64,000 nt of DNA from Balanoglossus misakiensis. Taxonomy: Eukaryota > Animalia > Hemichordata. The notes beneath the pieces are model-generated. The model was not told where the DNA came from. It did not search any database and saw nothing but the letters and a program-made list of their open reading frames with translations. Each line of letters begins with the position of its first letter. Within the stretch, counting starts at the first letter, position 1. Shown piece by piece: positions 25,201 to 38,100 of this stretch. A program made the position numbers and the translations under genes. The stretch lies in contig CM082576.2 of assembly GCA_040954595.2 (NCBI GenBank), positions 10,047,129 through 10,111,128 of the forward strand, read 5' to 3'.

Positions 25201-28200
25201 CTTCTGAGTGGACATAGATTAAATGTTACTGATATATTAAGTATAAATCATGTAATATTCATGTATCGGGCAGGGTTTGCTTACTATTTTCAAAACAACT
25301 AATATCACTGCTTGGTCTTTTTGCAAATGAGAAAGACATTAATCTAGAATCTGGGGAAAGTGGGGATGAAATTAGTTAAGGAAGGCAGAAAAGGCAAGGC
25401 TGGTCGGTAGTCATTCTTTTCTGCAAGACAGACTTCACAGTGCCAATGAGGACACAGGCATCCACTCAGGCAAACAGTCTGTGAACATGTAGATCACTGG
25501 TGGGTTTATCTCATGGCCTTCCAAGTTGGAAGGACTTCTCTGAGATTAGGATATAGCAGCTACATTTGTAGTCCATCAATGAAGGTACCAGTAATCTGGT
25601 GTACAGAATCATTATGTAATTCTGTCAATCTTACCTCCCTACCATGTGGATGGGTGTGGTCACATAAAATGATCCATAATTTCATACGTGTCAAATATCA
25701 TTCCTCTGAACACAATAGGAATATTGAAAAAAATAGGAATATTCCACTGAATCACTAACATATTACATTCTATGAAATCACCAGCATCGCGAAACGACAA
25801 AGAATCACCTGAATCACAAAAATATATTCTACAGAATCTCTAGAATCATCGTTTCAATCACAATGATTTATATCTTACAAAATCACCAGAACCACAGATA
25901 TGAAGATATAGTCTGCATAATTACCAGAATATTTTATATACATTGTAGCCTACAGAATTAACAGCATCACAAGTTTATATTCTCTGGAATCACAAGAATC
26001 CAAATGATATTATGTTTATACTAGGTTCATTTAAAAAATTCATCATTGCCATTTTCCTGGTCACTTCTCCAATTGTAATCATCATCTACATGTAACTGCA
26101 TTCAGAATAAATGGTGAATTATATGAACCACATAAGTCTTGATGGTTTTAAAATATGTTGCAGCAGATATCATTGTTTGGTGGTATTTTTAGACTTGTTG
26201 TAAAAATAGGAGGTACCTATGAGAGGCCAATGACTGTCATACCTAATAATAAAGCATTTTCAAACCAGCTGTACAATATGTTGTTAACCACTCTCGGTCT
26301 CAAAATATTATAAACAGCTCTAAACTTTGTGTAACCTTGTCTGATACAGAGATCTAAACTTAACAAGGCATTAAGTACTGCACAAATGAGCATGCAATGT
26401 ACACAAAATAATTATTTTAGATATGAAAGAAATCTATTTATATGTCTGCAATGGCAACATATCTGATCCAATATAAATATTACATAAAGTATACTGGCTA
26501 ATATTTTCTTTCGATAAATGATGAGGAACGAAATTGGAGATGTCAAGTTTGAACTTTGAACTCTTTGTCCACTTAAGGACCGAACCATGCAGGCAGGGGT
26601 TGGCAGGTCCACTGGTGATGTACCCCATCAAGTCACTGAAATGGGAAATATGTATTCAATGTGCTGAGTTAAAACTGTCCTTGGTTGCTGTGCTGGGAAG
26701 CGTTGGCCTTCCCTCTGATTGCACATCCTATCAGATAATGAGATGTGGGGATTTTCGAGTCTCAGATTCTCATGCGGAGGTGTTAGGCAAATTGTCCTGT
26801 GAGATGAAAAAGCAATATTGAGCTGAAGAAAGTTTTAGTCCCAGGAGCACGTTTCACATATGTGCTGTAACTGATACAAAACTGAAGGTGGAATGTAGTT
26901 AATTTAAAAACGGGAGTTTAATACCGTGGGACCTTGAAACCAAATATTCTGAAATAACAGCCCAGAACATTTTCAGATCTTTCTTGCTCTTTCAGTTTTT
27001 GTTAGTGACAGCCTCAGCTGAATAAGCAGCATATTTGTAGATAGACTTCACACACTAGTGTGGGAGTTGCAAGTCTGAGAATAAAGGTACATTTTGTATA
27101 TAATTGGCCTACTTTGAATGGCGCTTGGTTACAGGGTCAAAAGTTTACCAGATCTATTTTGTCTGAAATTCGTCTGTTTTGCTGGTATGAGATCAGTGGT
27201 TTGCATAGGATCGGGGGTAGTAATAAGCCGCGTCACAAAATGGCATGACACAGGGAGCTACGTGGAATCTGAGGTATTAAAAAAATTACCACGACTGCGA
27301 AGCTCTTAGTCTGATGTCAACAACATCGTGGATCACATTAGTCATGGTGGGCTTGTGATGTCATCAACTTCACGAATGGGCCTCTGTGGATCACAGTGTG
27401 TTGAATGACCAGACAGTACATCAGATTGAAAGGCCAGTGCCCTGGCCAGTGGGTGCCACCCCCAAATGCAACACACTGTCTGCCATAGCCTCGTAGTCTC
27501 ACAGATAGATAAAACAAGGTTATCAATCATAAACAGTGGTACTTTCTCACACACCCACCTTAGAATACTTTTATTGATTTCCCAGGATGCCCTTTGGGCT
27601 AGCAAAACATCTTTTTTTTTCTCCAGCCATTAATTGTTGTATGGCTGTATTGTATGACGTATCCAGGCAATACTTATTATTATAGATTTTCATTGATAAT
27701 ACATGCTGGCCCACACTGCATTGTTAGCACTCAAGTACAGCTTCCTTTGACAAAGTTTTCGATGTCTTACATAAACACCAGCGCATCTATTCACAGCAGA
27801 ATGCAATTGTGCACCTCTGTTGCAAAACTTGTAAGCATTCTTGCGTATATGGGCATGGGAAAGTAGGTTAGATCGCAACTCTTGCGTTTTCTTGCATTGG
27901 TGTCTATGCAAAGACACACCCCTTTCTTACTTTGATAGCTATTAATCTGAATTTCTCTCTATCGCTGGAATGAGTTTATAAGGTCGGTTCATATTGGGAT
28001 TCCTCAGACTGATCAGGCCGCCTGTCTCTGTAGAGTTTACCGTGGGATTGCGGTGACCCCTTTATCTGACCTTGTGTGTAGAGATAGCCGTAATATTCCC
28101 TGCATTGATCTGCTGGTCAGATTGTTCCATAGCAACCCATTCTGACGTAAGAGAATTTGTAGTGGACCAGATCATTCGCTGTCAGCCAGCTGATGAAAGG

Positions 28201-31200
28201 GGGATGTGCTTTTTTCAAACACACTATCTTGAGATTGTACTTCTGGAGACATTGTGACCCCAAAAAAGCATATAGCCAAAAATCTTATCTTTTCAGAGTT
28301 GAGAACTTACTCACTTAACTGCATGTACCCTTCAACAGTTATCTAACTTGCTAATTCTCCTTGAAGTGACATATGTGAAGGTACTGTCAGTGGTAGCTGT
28401 ATGTGCATGCTATGGCTACATCCATTATTTATAGTTGAAGACAGAGTCAATCTAACATGGTAGCTGAGTTTCTTTATCATATCCTCACAGAGAAACGAAA
28501 ATTGATGTGATACCATCATTAGCCACAACAATCTCCCTACTTTTTGCTGCCAGAAAGTTTTGTGATTATAGCTAGCACCTACATTGTATGTGCTGAGATT
28601 ATCTGAGACCCCCACGTACACCAACTCTGTGACTTATTTTTTGGCTTCTGATAATTTTTCTGAATAATGCAGTGTCTGTGCTGTGTGACATCATGTGTCC
28701 AGCATGCGAAGCACCAATGGATTCTGAGAAAACAACCAGTGCAACATGTGATCAAACTGTTTGTATTATAGCTGATATGTAGCAATTAAGACAGCTAGCA
28801 GCCCAGTGAAGTGATCAACTTCAGATGTCAACCGTGTAGTACTATACAACCAACAACTATTCAGAGCCAAATCAAGTCAAGAGTTCAACATCCTGTACTA
28901 TGAACCATCTCTGTTGTTATTGTCCCATAGTCACCCCACCCGTTCATCGTAACCGTAGAAACCTGTTTCCCAATATGATTTTATGCACAAACCGAGTAGT
29001 GATAAGGTTAACTTGAAGAAACAGGCTACCAATTCATCTAATTAATTGCAATTTCCTCCTGGTCTAGTATAATCTTTAAAATCAACCCAGTAGGTCACCA
29101 ACCAGCTGATCCATTCAAATCATCAGCCAATTAAAAATATTAATATTTATGATATTGCAATCAAGTCAGTATATTCAACAGCCAAAATTAATTACTCGCC
29201 CCACCCCCTCTCTCTCTCTCTCACCAACCAAACTGCATCACACTGACTAGTATAGCCGTACCAGATAATGCATCAACAAATCTGATATCATATGTGTCAG
29301 TCTATCAAACTTCCTTCTTACATAATTCACTCCCAGCCATCAGTTGAGATAAGCCTGTATTTCATAATCGCACATCACCAAGTGTTTAAACAACAGACAT
29401 ACCAGCTCTTCTGGCTTAGCTGTCAGGCACATTAACTTGATATCAACATGTTTGTTCAATTACTCAAGAGCTAATTGACTTTTCTTCACTGATTTACTTG
29501 AGTCAAGCGAAATAATTGACTCACTTAGGTGTGTCTAATGAGAATTGATGAGATGATTGCTGGTCTCTTGGTAGCCATTTACAATGCAGTAGCAGAGTAA
29601 TTACAGGCATGGCAGACACTGCCTATTCTGGGCTCTGCCAAAACAGACAGCCTTTGCACTAGGCATTGAACTTGCAGGCTATATGGTGACGTGATACCCC
29701 TCTGGTGAAAAGTGTGATGTAGCTGGACCCCCTTGATATAAGTCTGTTTGTATTTTGCTACTGGTTATTAGACAAATAGGGGTAATATTGCAAATGTAAT
29801 TAGGCCCGTTTTGACTATATAACTGTATATCCAGTCAAGAGAGGATTATAGATAATGTGATTAACTTCACAGTAACATTAGCTTTCTCAGCAGGGGTATC
29901 ATGCTTTTGGCTTGGAAGTTCAATGGTGCAGGCTTGGCTGTTCTTTTGGCATAGCCAGGAAAAGACAATAACCAGCCTATGCTAGAAATTATTGGCATAC
30001 GTACATTAAGCATTGTCAGTTCCTTTGATTTCAGAACTTTTTTTGTATTTGCCAATAGTCTGCATTATTTTCTCACAATTTCACAAGTTGTTCATTTTAT
30101 TTGTTACAGGCTCTTATTAAAAAGGTTCTTCAACTTTGCTTTGGTTTTAATTTGTTTACTGTTCACATGCAGTATTTGTTTTCCTGGGGATAATCATTCT
30201 CTAGCAAAACACTTTAGGGCAACATACTGTCGATTTAGTGCAACATACTGTCTGGGAATAACTGTCTGGGCCGTGGCAAACATAATGCAAACTGTCTGAG
30301 TAAATATTTAGTTTGACTTCACTCTGAGCACAGTGTGTGTTGGGCAAACATATTGAAACCATCAGCAGATCAGTGTGTGTGTGGACAATGCAGTAAGCTT
30401 TGGCTGACAGGAGTTCTCAACAGTAGCATTTAACAGTGATATCCCTGCAGACAACTGTATATTCAGCAATCCCCAGATGTGCCACTGTTTGATGTAGTGA
30501 TTTGAAAGAAAAAAAAAACATCCCTCTCATCACAGAATATAAAATTAGCAGATAATGGCTGTGAAGAATTAACAGTGTGTGCCAGGGCCTTTATTCAATG
30601 CAGACATTTCTGTTGAGTTTGTGTAAATGTCAAGCTTCTTGTATTCACCATGGATAATACTTGTCACAACCAGAGAAGTGATGGTCATATGACTAGCTGT
30701 TGTGATGTGAATGTTAAGTACTTTTCTGCATGAAGTCAAGAAAAACCAAGTTATTAGCTGTGATTGCCACCTTATGCAATACAAGCACTGATTTCCACTG
30801 AGATTATGCAATATCACTATTTAACTTGAATATAATCCGTAGATTGGCCAAAAAACAGCTGTTCCTGGTGTAATTTTACATTTTGAGTGGTAAATGTAGC
30901 AGCTTTATCATTTCCAAAAATATGACCAGTGGGGGCGCTGTTCATCTTGACAAAGATTTCATCAGAGCAAGGAAACTGATGAACAAAACTCAGCACTGTG
31001 TTTTAATCGACAGGATTATCGCAAAAATTCCCCAACATATTTTGTTTATACTGCAATTTTAACCAACAGAACACAAACCCTGCCATTATTTTCTTTTATC
31101 CGCAAATTACTGCTATCAGATAGAATGCTGTGAAATATTTATGGTGTACATGCAGATGTTTTAAAGTGTGGATATAAGTATTGCGTGATGAAACCCAGAG

Positions 31201-33405
31201 CAAATTAAACAACACAGTCATATTAAGTAATGGATTAGGTTAATATGTTGTTAGTAGATCTTTAATACTGAAAAGCAAATTGGAAGCATTACAGGTGTAC
31301 TTTTTACACTTTTTTTTCGTGACAAACAACATTTTATTCCCTATACATCATCAATTGTGATGTTTTTGTTTGAGCCATAAGCTTTTATTAGTGTGACATA
31401 CAAACAGTAGATTTATGAGGTACACAGTGAAGCAAAGAGTGAATATGTAGGGTGGTGTATTGGTATTTGGCTCTATGCAAGGGGCACGTACGTCCTTGGC
31501 AAATTTATCACTGACTGCTGCAGTTCATTATCCAGTGACCTGGTAACTCCCAGAGCAAGGATGATGAGAGAGAGACTCGTGAACATATGCTGGCAGTATG
31601 TTTTTGACAATAAAATGGGAAGTGATAAGAGAAGTTATTTGTCAGAAATTGATCATTTAACTCGTGATCGGAATCGTATGGTGACGCATCTGCGGTTTAC
31701 AAATCATGCGTTATCTGCTGGCTTTTCTCCAGAAAGCTGGTGCAGACGTGCAAAAAACGGCAACTCTTTCATTGAGGAAAACAATGCAGGCGGGATGCCA
31801 ATGCGTATCTGCGTATACCGCATCCTTGAGACGTGATTGCAGGAACTGCGTGCTTACGCTATGACACATTTTCTCGTGGATTCTCATGTTTCCCCACTTG
31901 TCTGAAGGGCGCTAGGGCCTCTCAGAGCCGAACAGAGCTACTTCCACTGGTATGCGTGGCATGCTGACCAGGGAATGCTGATAGTAGTTTTCACCAGTTT
32001 TGTAGTAAAAAAAAAACGATTATGAGAAGTGGTGACAATTTGGACACTGCATCAACAACCACTCCACCACTTTATGGCAGGCAGGTGGACAACACTTTCA
32101 AATAGCCAATGGATTCAGCCTAAAATTGAATTATTTGTATTCCATATTCTGGTTTATAGGATGTTAGTTTTGGATTTTTTAGCTGAATGAAATTGCCAAG
32201 AGAAAAGTCTTCATCAGTGATGTACTAGCTACTATATTCCGCTTGGTGATACATGGCTGGAATTTTAACGTCATTGTTCATGTAAGTCGCAACATCAATA
32301 AAGTGCACACGACTTAAGTCCAGATGCACTTGTATACTTAAATTGTATGTAATAAAAGCTCAAATTATACAAATAACAGAGATGCCTAATAATGCCAATT
32401 GACGAGAAATGGTTTAGTCTATGCATGGTGTCCCCTGAAAACTAAGGAGGCCAGTGTTTATATTTGCCTGCAGCTGTATCAGAGAAGGGGGGGGGGGGGT
32501 GCACTGGTACATGTGCATGAGCAGAGAAGTGTATACATGTACCAATGTTGATGGAAACCATACCATTGAATTAGAGCATAACTTTGACGGTCAGACCACT
32601 GATAGCCACCCAGGTTGTTTCCAATATCAAGGCTGTGGGAGAGTGTGAGAAAAGTACAGGGAAAGTGCCTGATTATCATGCAATAAAGACTGCATCTAAA
32701 TCTATCTGTTGGAGAACTTTGGTACAGATACTGCGGACTTTTCAGGGAGCAATCGTCCCTGATGTGTAACACTGTGTGGCGGGGTTCTCTTGAACAATGA
32801 GAGATACTATAGTTCCCCATCATTCTCCATATACAAAATGTACGTTCAAATCTTCTTGAATGTTGTGGTTCACAGATTCCTGAAGTCAAAAGGAGAGATT
32901 CTGTGTCACATGGGGTCTCGACCCTTGCATACAGGCTCAGCCTATTCCCTCCAGACATGATGTACATTTGTAAGACTTGCTAAATTGACCAACATTCAAC
33001 CAAGCAAGTAGCCAAGTCCATAATCTTAAAGTTTGCACGTCTGACGCAAACATTAACTTGATGAGATACTTCGTAGAAGTTGAGATTTATTCATAGGGAG
33101 CTGTGGTAAAGCCGAGGCTGGTACATAAGAATAAGCTACCTCCCGTGGGTGTTGGTTGTCAGCAATGTAAATTTGCCATACCAGTGAAGTCACATGGGTG
33201 ATAATGGTCATGGCATCAGGCCAATAATTGTCATTCATCAATTATGTGACAATAAAATGAAAATCATCAGATGCGCCTAGCTGGTGGTATTTGAAAGGGA
33301 TATAGCTCTTGGCTGAGAGATCAGCCAGCTTGGATCATAGGTTAGTCTGTGATTGTGAAAACAAACACTTTGGTATGTTTGAAAACACTTGTGGAAAATA
33401 CACCG

Positions 33406-33439
<34 letters not shown>

Positions 33440-35028
33440 AATGATGTACTGTTAATATAATTATTGTCGATGAACCAAAACTTTCCTTCTAACAAGTCTA
33501 TACCATGTGTGAAATTTGTGCAAGTCTTTATTGGTTTTCAGCTAAGATTGCTACAAATGGAATAACAGTCTCGTCCCTGACCATTAATCTGTATTTATGG
33601 GGAAAGTGTCAAAGGATGATCACATGATCTGACACAGCTGCATTTCACCAAGAATTATTGGTTTTGTTCTGAGTTCCCCCTGTAAATAAACTTTAATAGT
33701 CTGGGTGTTAGCCTTTTTGCGTGATACGTACAACAACATACTTAACAGGCAGACTGTTGAATTTCTGCAGCCTTTTGTTGAATTTACAAATTTAGCTGAA
33801 GATGGGAACAGTAATACCTAGAACGTGTGTGATGATGCATGGCGATTCACTAAGGTTATTAGGTCAGTGTAGGTCAGGTTACTATGCAACCTCTTGCTGT
33901 TATGATTGAAGGGAGGGGGAACTCTAATTTTATGCAAAAAGATACTGTGACAGTTCCCATATACTATAAATTATAGTCAAGTCAGAATGATGTCTTTTTT
34001 TCACTCAAATAGATGATTAATTCATAACTTCCATTGTTATCTTCACTTTCACTGCTCTTCCAGTTACACTCTTGAATTACTGTCCTTGCAGTGACAAGAC
34101 ATATCACACAATCTCTCTCCCCCCCCCCCCCCCCCCACAACAATACTGACCTTGCAGTTGCTGTAAAGTGTTGTCTTGTTTGATGTTTTTTGGGAAAAAT
34201 AAAATTCACAATGTCAGAAAAACATAGCTAATGATACCCTAAAATATTTATAGATCCTGTTTATAAACCCAAATCAAAATAAAACAGATTGGTATTTCTA
34301 ATTGGGGTCAGAGTGGTACCTGCTGATTGTCAAGGCTGCAATTTATTTACTGAATCTATAAATGGACGAATAATCTGGTCACATGTGTAACAGGTGTCTT
34401 TATCATTTCCATAATCATAATCCTATTTGTATGACTCATTCCGTAATTTTGCCAATCATGCACTTTTGGTGTCCAGTAAACTACCAAGAAAAATATATCT
34501 TGGGGAGAAACCGGTTTGGGCAAGATTCATTTCAAGGCCTCTTTCCGTCTTGGCAAATGACGCGGTGCATGTTTTCTTTGATGTGAAGTCTTACACGTAC
34601 ATAGCAGTGGCCATCCTTTTGTTGATTAAACTCAGTTGACCAGGAACGGTCAGTTTTATCATTATATTACTTCTGCGTTATTTTCACTGAGCATGCTTTC
34701 ATATGATGTTCAAATTTTTATATGAAACTTGACATCAGCACCCATACATATGAATTAAGACTTTGATTAACTGTGTGCAACATTTGAGGAGATTCAAAAG
34801 TGAAATTAATCAGATTTACTTTTTATCAAAATTGACACTGATGCATTCATATGCAAATAGCAGAAATCCAGGGTCTTGTGTGGTCAGGTGATAATGATTA
34901 AATTATTTGCATGAAGCTATTGCCCTGGGGATTCCAGGTGGATAATGTCAAATAGGTCACAGGATGTATCACAAGCAAAATCTGTGTGTTCGTTTAATGA
35001 TGGATGCTGCTGCTGATGATGATGATGG

Positions 35029-35081
<53 letters not shown>

Positions 35082-35111
35082 GTGGTGGTGATGATGATGG
35101 TGATGATGATG

Positions 35112-35167
<56 letters not shown>

Positions 35168-38100
35168 GATGGTGGTGGTGGTGGAGGTGGTGATGATGAT
35201 GATGATGATGATGAAGGTGGTGGAGGTGGTGATGATGATGATGATGATGATGATGATGGTGGTGGTGGGGATGATGATGATGATGATGGACACATGTAAA
35301 TTAGAGGTGATTCACTGTGTAATTTTAATATCAGGCATTATATTTTTGGATGACTTGTAGATAAGCAATCATCGACATGAATGCTGTAACAGGTGTCCGA
35401 TCTCTCCAACCACCATATAAATCTTTGATGCATCAAAATAGATGTTGCCCTTGCCTAGTGTTTCTTGTGGATAAGATGAATTGCTGAAATATCAGCAACG
35501 TCTCATGCTTAAACCATTGTCAGCAGTATTTTATGAGATACGAAGTCAGTCTGTCTGATATTCAAATTATTTTCTGTTTGATGGTCGTGGAGTCATGGCC
35601 TCTGGAAGATAGGTCAGGCCATTTCAATAAGAGTTATTAAACTATCATATTTTATTGTAATATCAAATCATATCCAATTTCAAAGCAACCGACGAATTAT
35701 ATCGAAAATGGCTAGGTTTCGACAACAGAGAATCAGAAACTCTAGAGAAAGATGAAAGTGTGACTTGGAAAAAGGAATGAATGAAATCACCTCAGATATG
35801 TTTAGTGTTGGTCTTTTATCAAACCCAGCAAAGTATGGGCTGCCAAAAGCAACAAACTCCATCTGTTAGTCACCACAAGCAAACAATGTATGGTAGTTTG
35901 CTCACGTAATGGTTGTTGTGTATTATGAAACAAGTATTTCAATAATTTGAGGACATGGCCAACACACGCAAGTTGAGACGTCATGTCTGCATGTATTGCA
36001 AATTTGCTACATGTCGTCACAGTGTAATCACTCGTATTCTGCTTGCCAAAAAATAAAGTTGGTCACGTTGTTAAAACTGTTCGACTACGTGGCAATTCTA
36101 GAGTTGTTTTATAGCTGCATGGCTTCATGCAGTGGGTGTGTTTGTGGGAGGACTGGTAGGTGTGTCCTGCTATCGAGCTTCTCTCCTGCACATGTTAAAA
36201 TCCTCTTGTTTTGTCGAATCGACATTTCTTGGTTTTTGCTCCCTCCTGAGTCCTGATGTGTATAAAGTCTGATTATGACTTCAAATTATGTTGCGTCATA
36301 CAAATGCTATTTTCTTCCCATTATTTTTACTGCTCCCCAGTCGTCAAAGAACTCTGCTTTCCAAGATCGTCTGCGTGCCATTTCATCCCCGCCCTGACTG
36401 TGAGATGAGGGGGGAGGTCTCAGTTACTACCGGGGTAAACCGGCTGATGATGATGATGATGATGATGACATCATTCATTAAAGATATGGATAATAATAGA
36501 ACAGAATTCCAGCCAATGATGGCTCTGTCGTGTGATGTATGGTAATCTGTTTACACGTTGGACGTCCAATTGCAACAAACAAAAATTACCATATAAAAGC
36601 AAACGACAAAACTCCATCATGTGATAGAAGTTAAATACAGGACAGTAAAAACTTGTTCAGAACAGATCGCTGTCATCAGCTGCTACTGAAATCGTCGAGT
36701 GGATACGCTGGGTGGATATATACCCTAACACTGGGAACAATCATCGTTAAAAAAAAGCTGTGAATTTAGTTGCCTCAGAAATGGAAGCTCAGGAGGACAT
36801 TGTGTCCGTCATCGGTGTATTACAGCGCGCCATTGAAGACTTGGCAAGTCGAGTGTCAAGGATCGAAGAACTCCTACAAGGTCAAAAACAGACAAATGTG
36901 GGCACAGAAACAACCCCGGAGACGGTTAGAATTCATGCTTTGGTATTCCTTTGATTTCCAACATGTTTTTCTCCCTCTTTAAATGATACGCTTTTTGTGG
37001 AGTTTTAACTTTTTTGAAAAAATTTTCTCCCCAAAAAAATCTTGATCCGGTGGTGATACTTGGAAAGTGCTGGAGTTGCGTTGCTCGGCGTGGCGGCTTC
37101 TACATATAGCTAGAACGTGTAATGTATTCACATTGAAGACATAGTTGTCATACTTGCATGAGGCTGGGGTATCACTCGTGTCTCTACGCCGCTTTGCAAC
37201 ATCCCGCCCAGCTGTCTGTCATCAAAACTGAAGTGGTGGTCGTGGCGCGTCCTTGACATTCTGAAAGCTGGACAGCGATAATTTTCACTCCGAACGAGGC
37301 ACAGACACTGGTCGCTTTGAAAAGGGGAAAAGTTTCTTCCACCGGACAGAGGGAGAGAGGGAAACTCGATGGGCTGTACGCTGGGAAAGAACGATGATGT
37401 ACGAAGATGGCAGTTCTATATATATTCTTGAGAGAGAGAGCTAGGCTGTTATGTCACAGATTTGCCGCAGGGCTACACTCGGAATGTTGCCCATCCCAAG
37501 TACAATTTCACTCTGCATTTCAAATTTGCCAGTGTGTGTCATTTGATGTGCTTGCAATATGCCATACTTGATTTAAAGCGTTTATTAATTAGATTGATAA
37601 CATTTATATAAAGCATGTAAATATTTTGGGAGCGTATGTCGGCACATATGGCTGAGCCTTTTGTTTCATCATATTTATGGTAGATGGATCCTGGCACCAA
37701 ATGGCATACAGCTTATACTCAGTCATTTATTTTGTAGCAGGAATAACGCATGCGTTTGGCCAATCTCGGTAACAGTACTATCACCCCAGCTCTTGGAGAG
37801 CTTTCACAGGGGTCTCTATTTTAAGACCAACATAAATACGGTACCGCTGAGCAGAGGAGAGGTATACTTTCTCCAAAATGCCAACACGGTTAATTAGGCT
37901 TTGCCGATATATATTGCCGGGCATGTTTCTTGCATTAACGTAATGTGCCACACAGTGATATGTGAAGTATGAGCAAATCTGGGTCACTTGTTAGTTCAGG
38001 GAATCAGAAACATGCTGGACTGGACAGCTGATGAAAACTTTGTTGTGCTGTACGTGTCATGTGACTAAGCTTTCAATGTCTGTGGTACATGTATTTGGAA

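Noticed and set aside
34964-35360. Poly-D/G, poly-S/P, poly-I and poly-M ORFs
   Set aside because: Translations of a (GAT/GGT)n microsatellite, with no splice sites or coding context.
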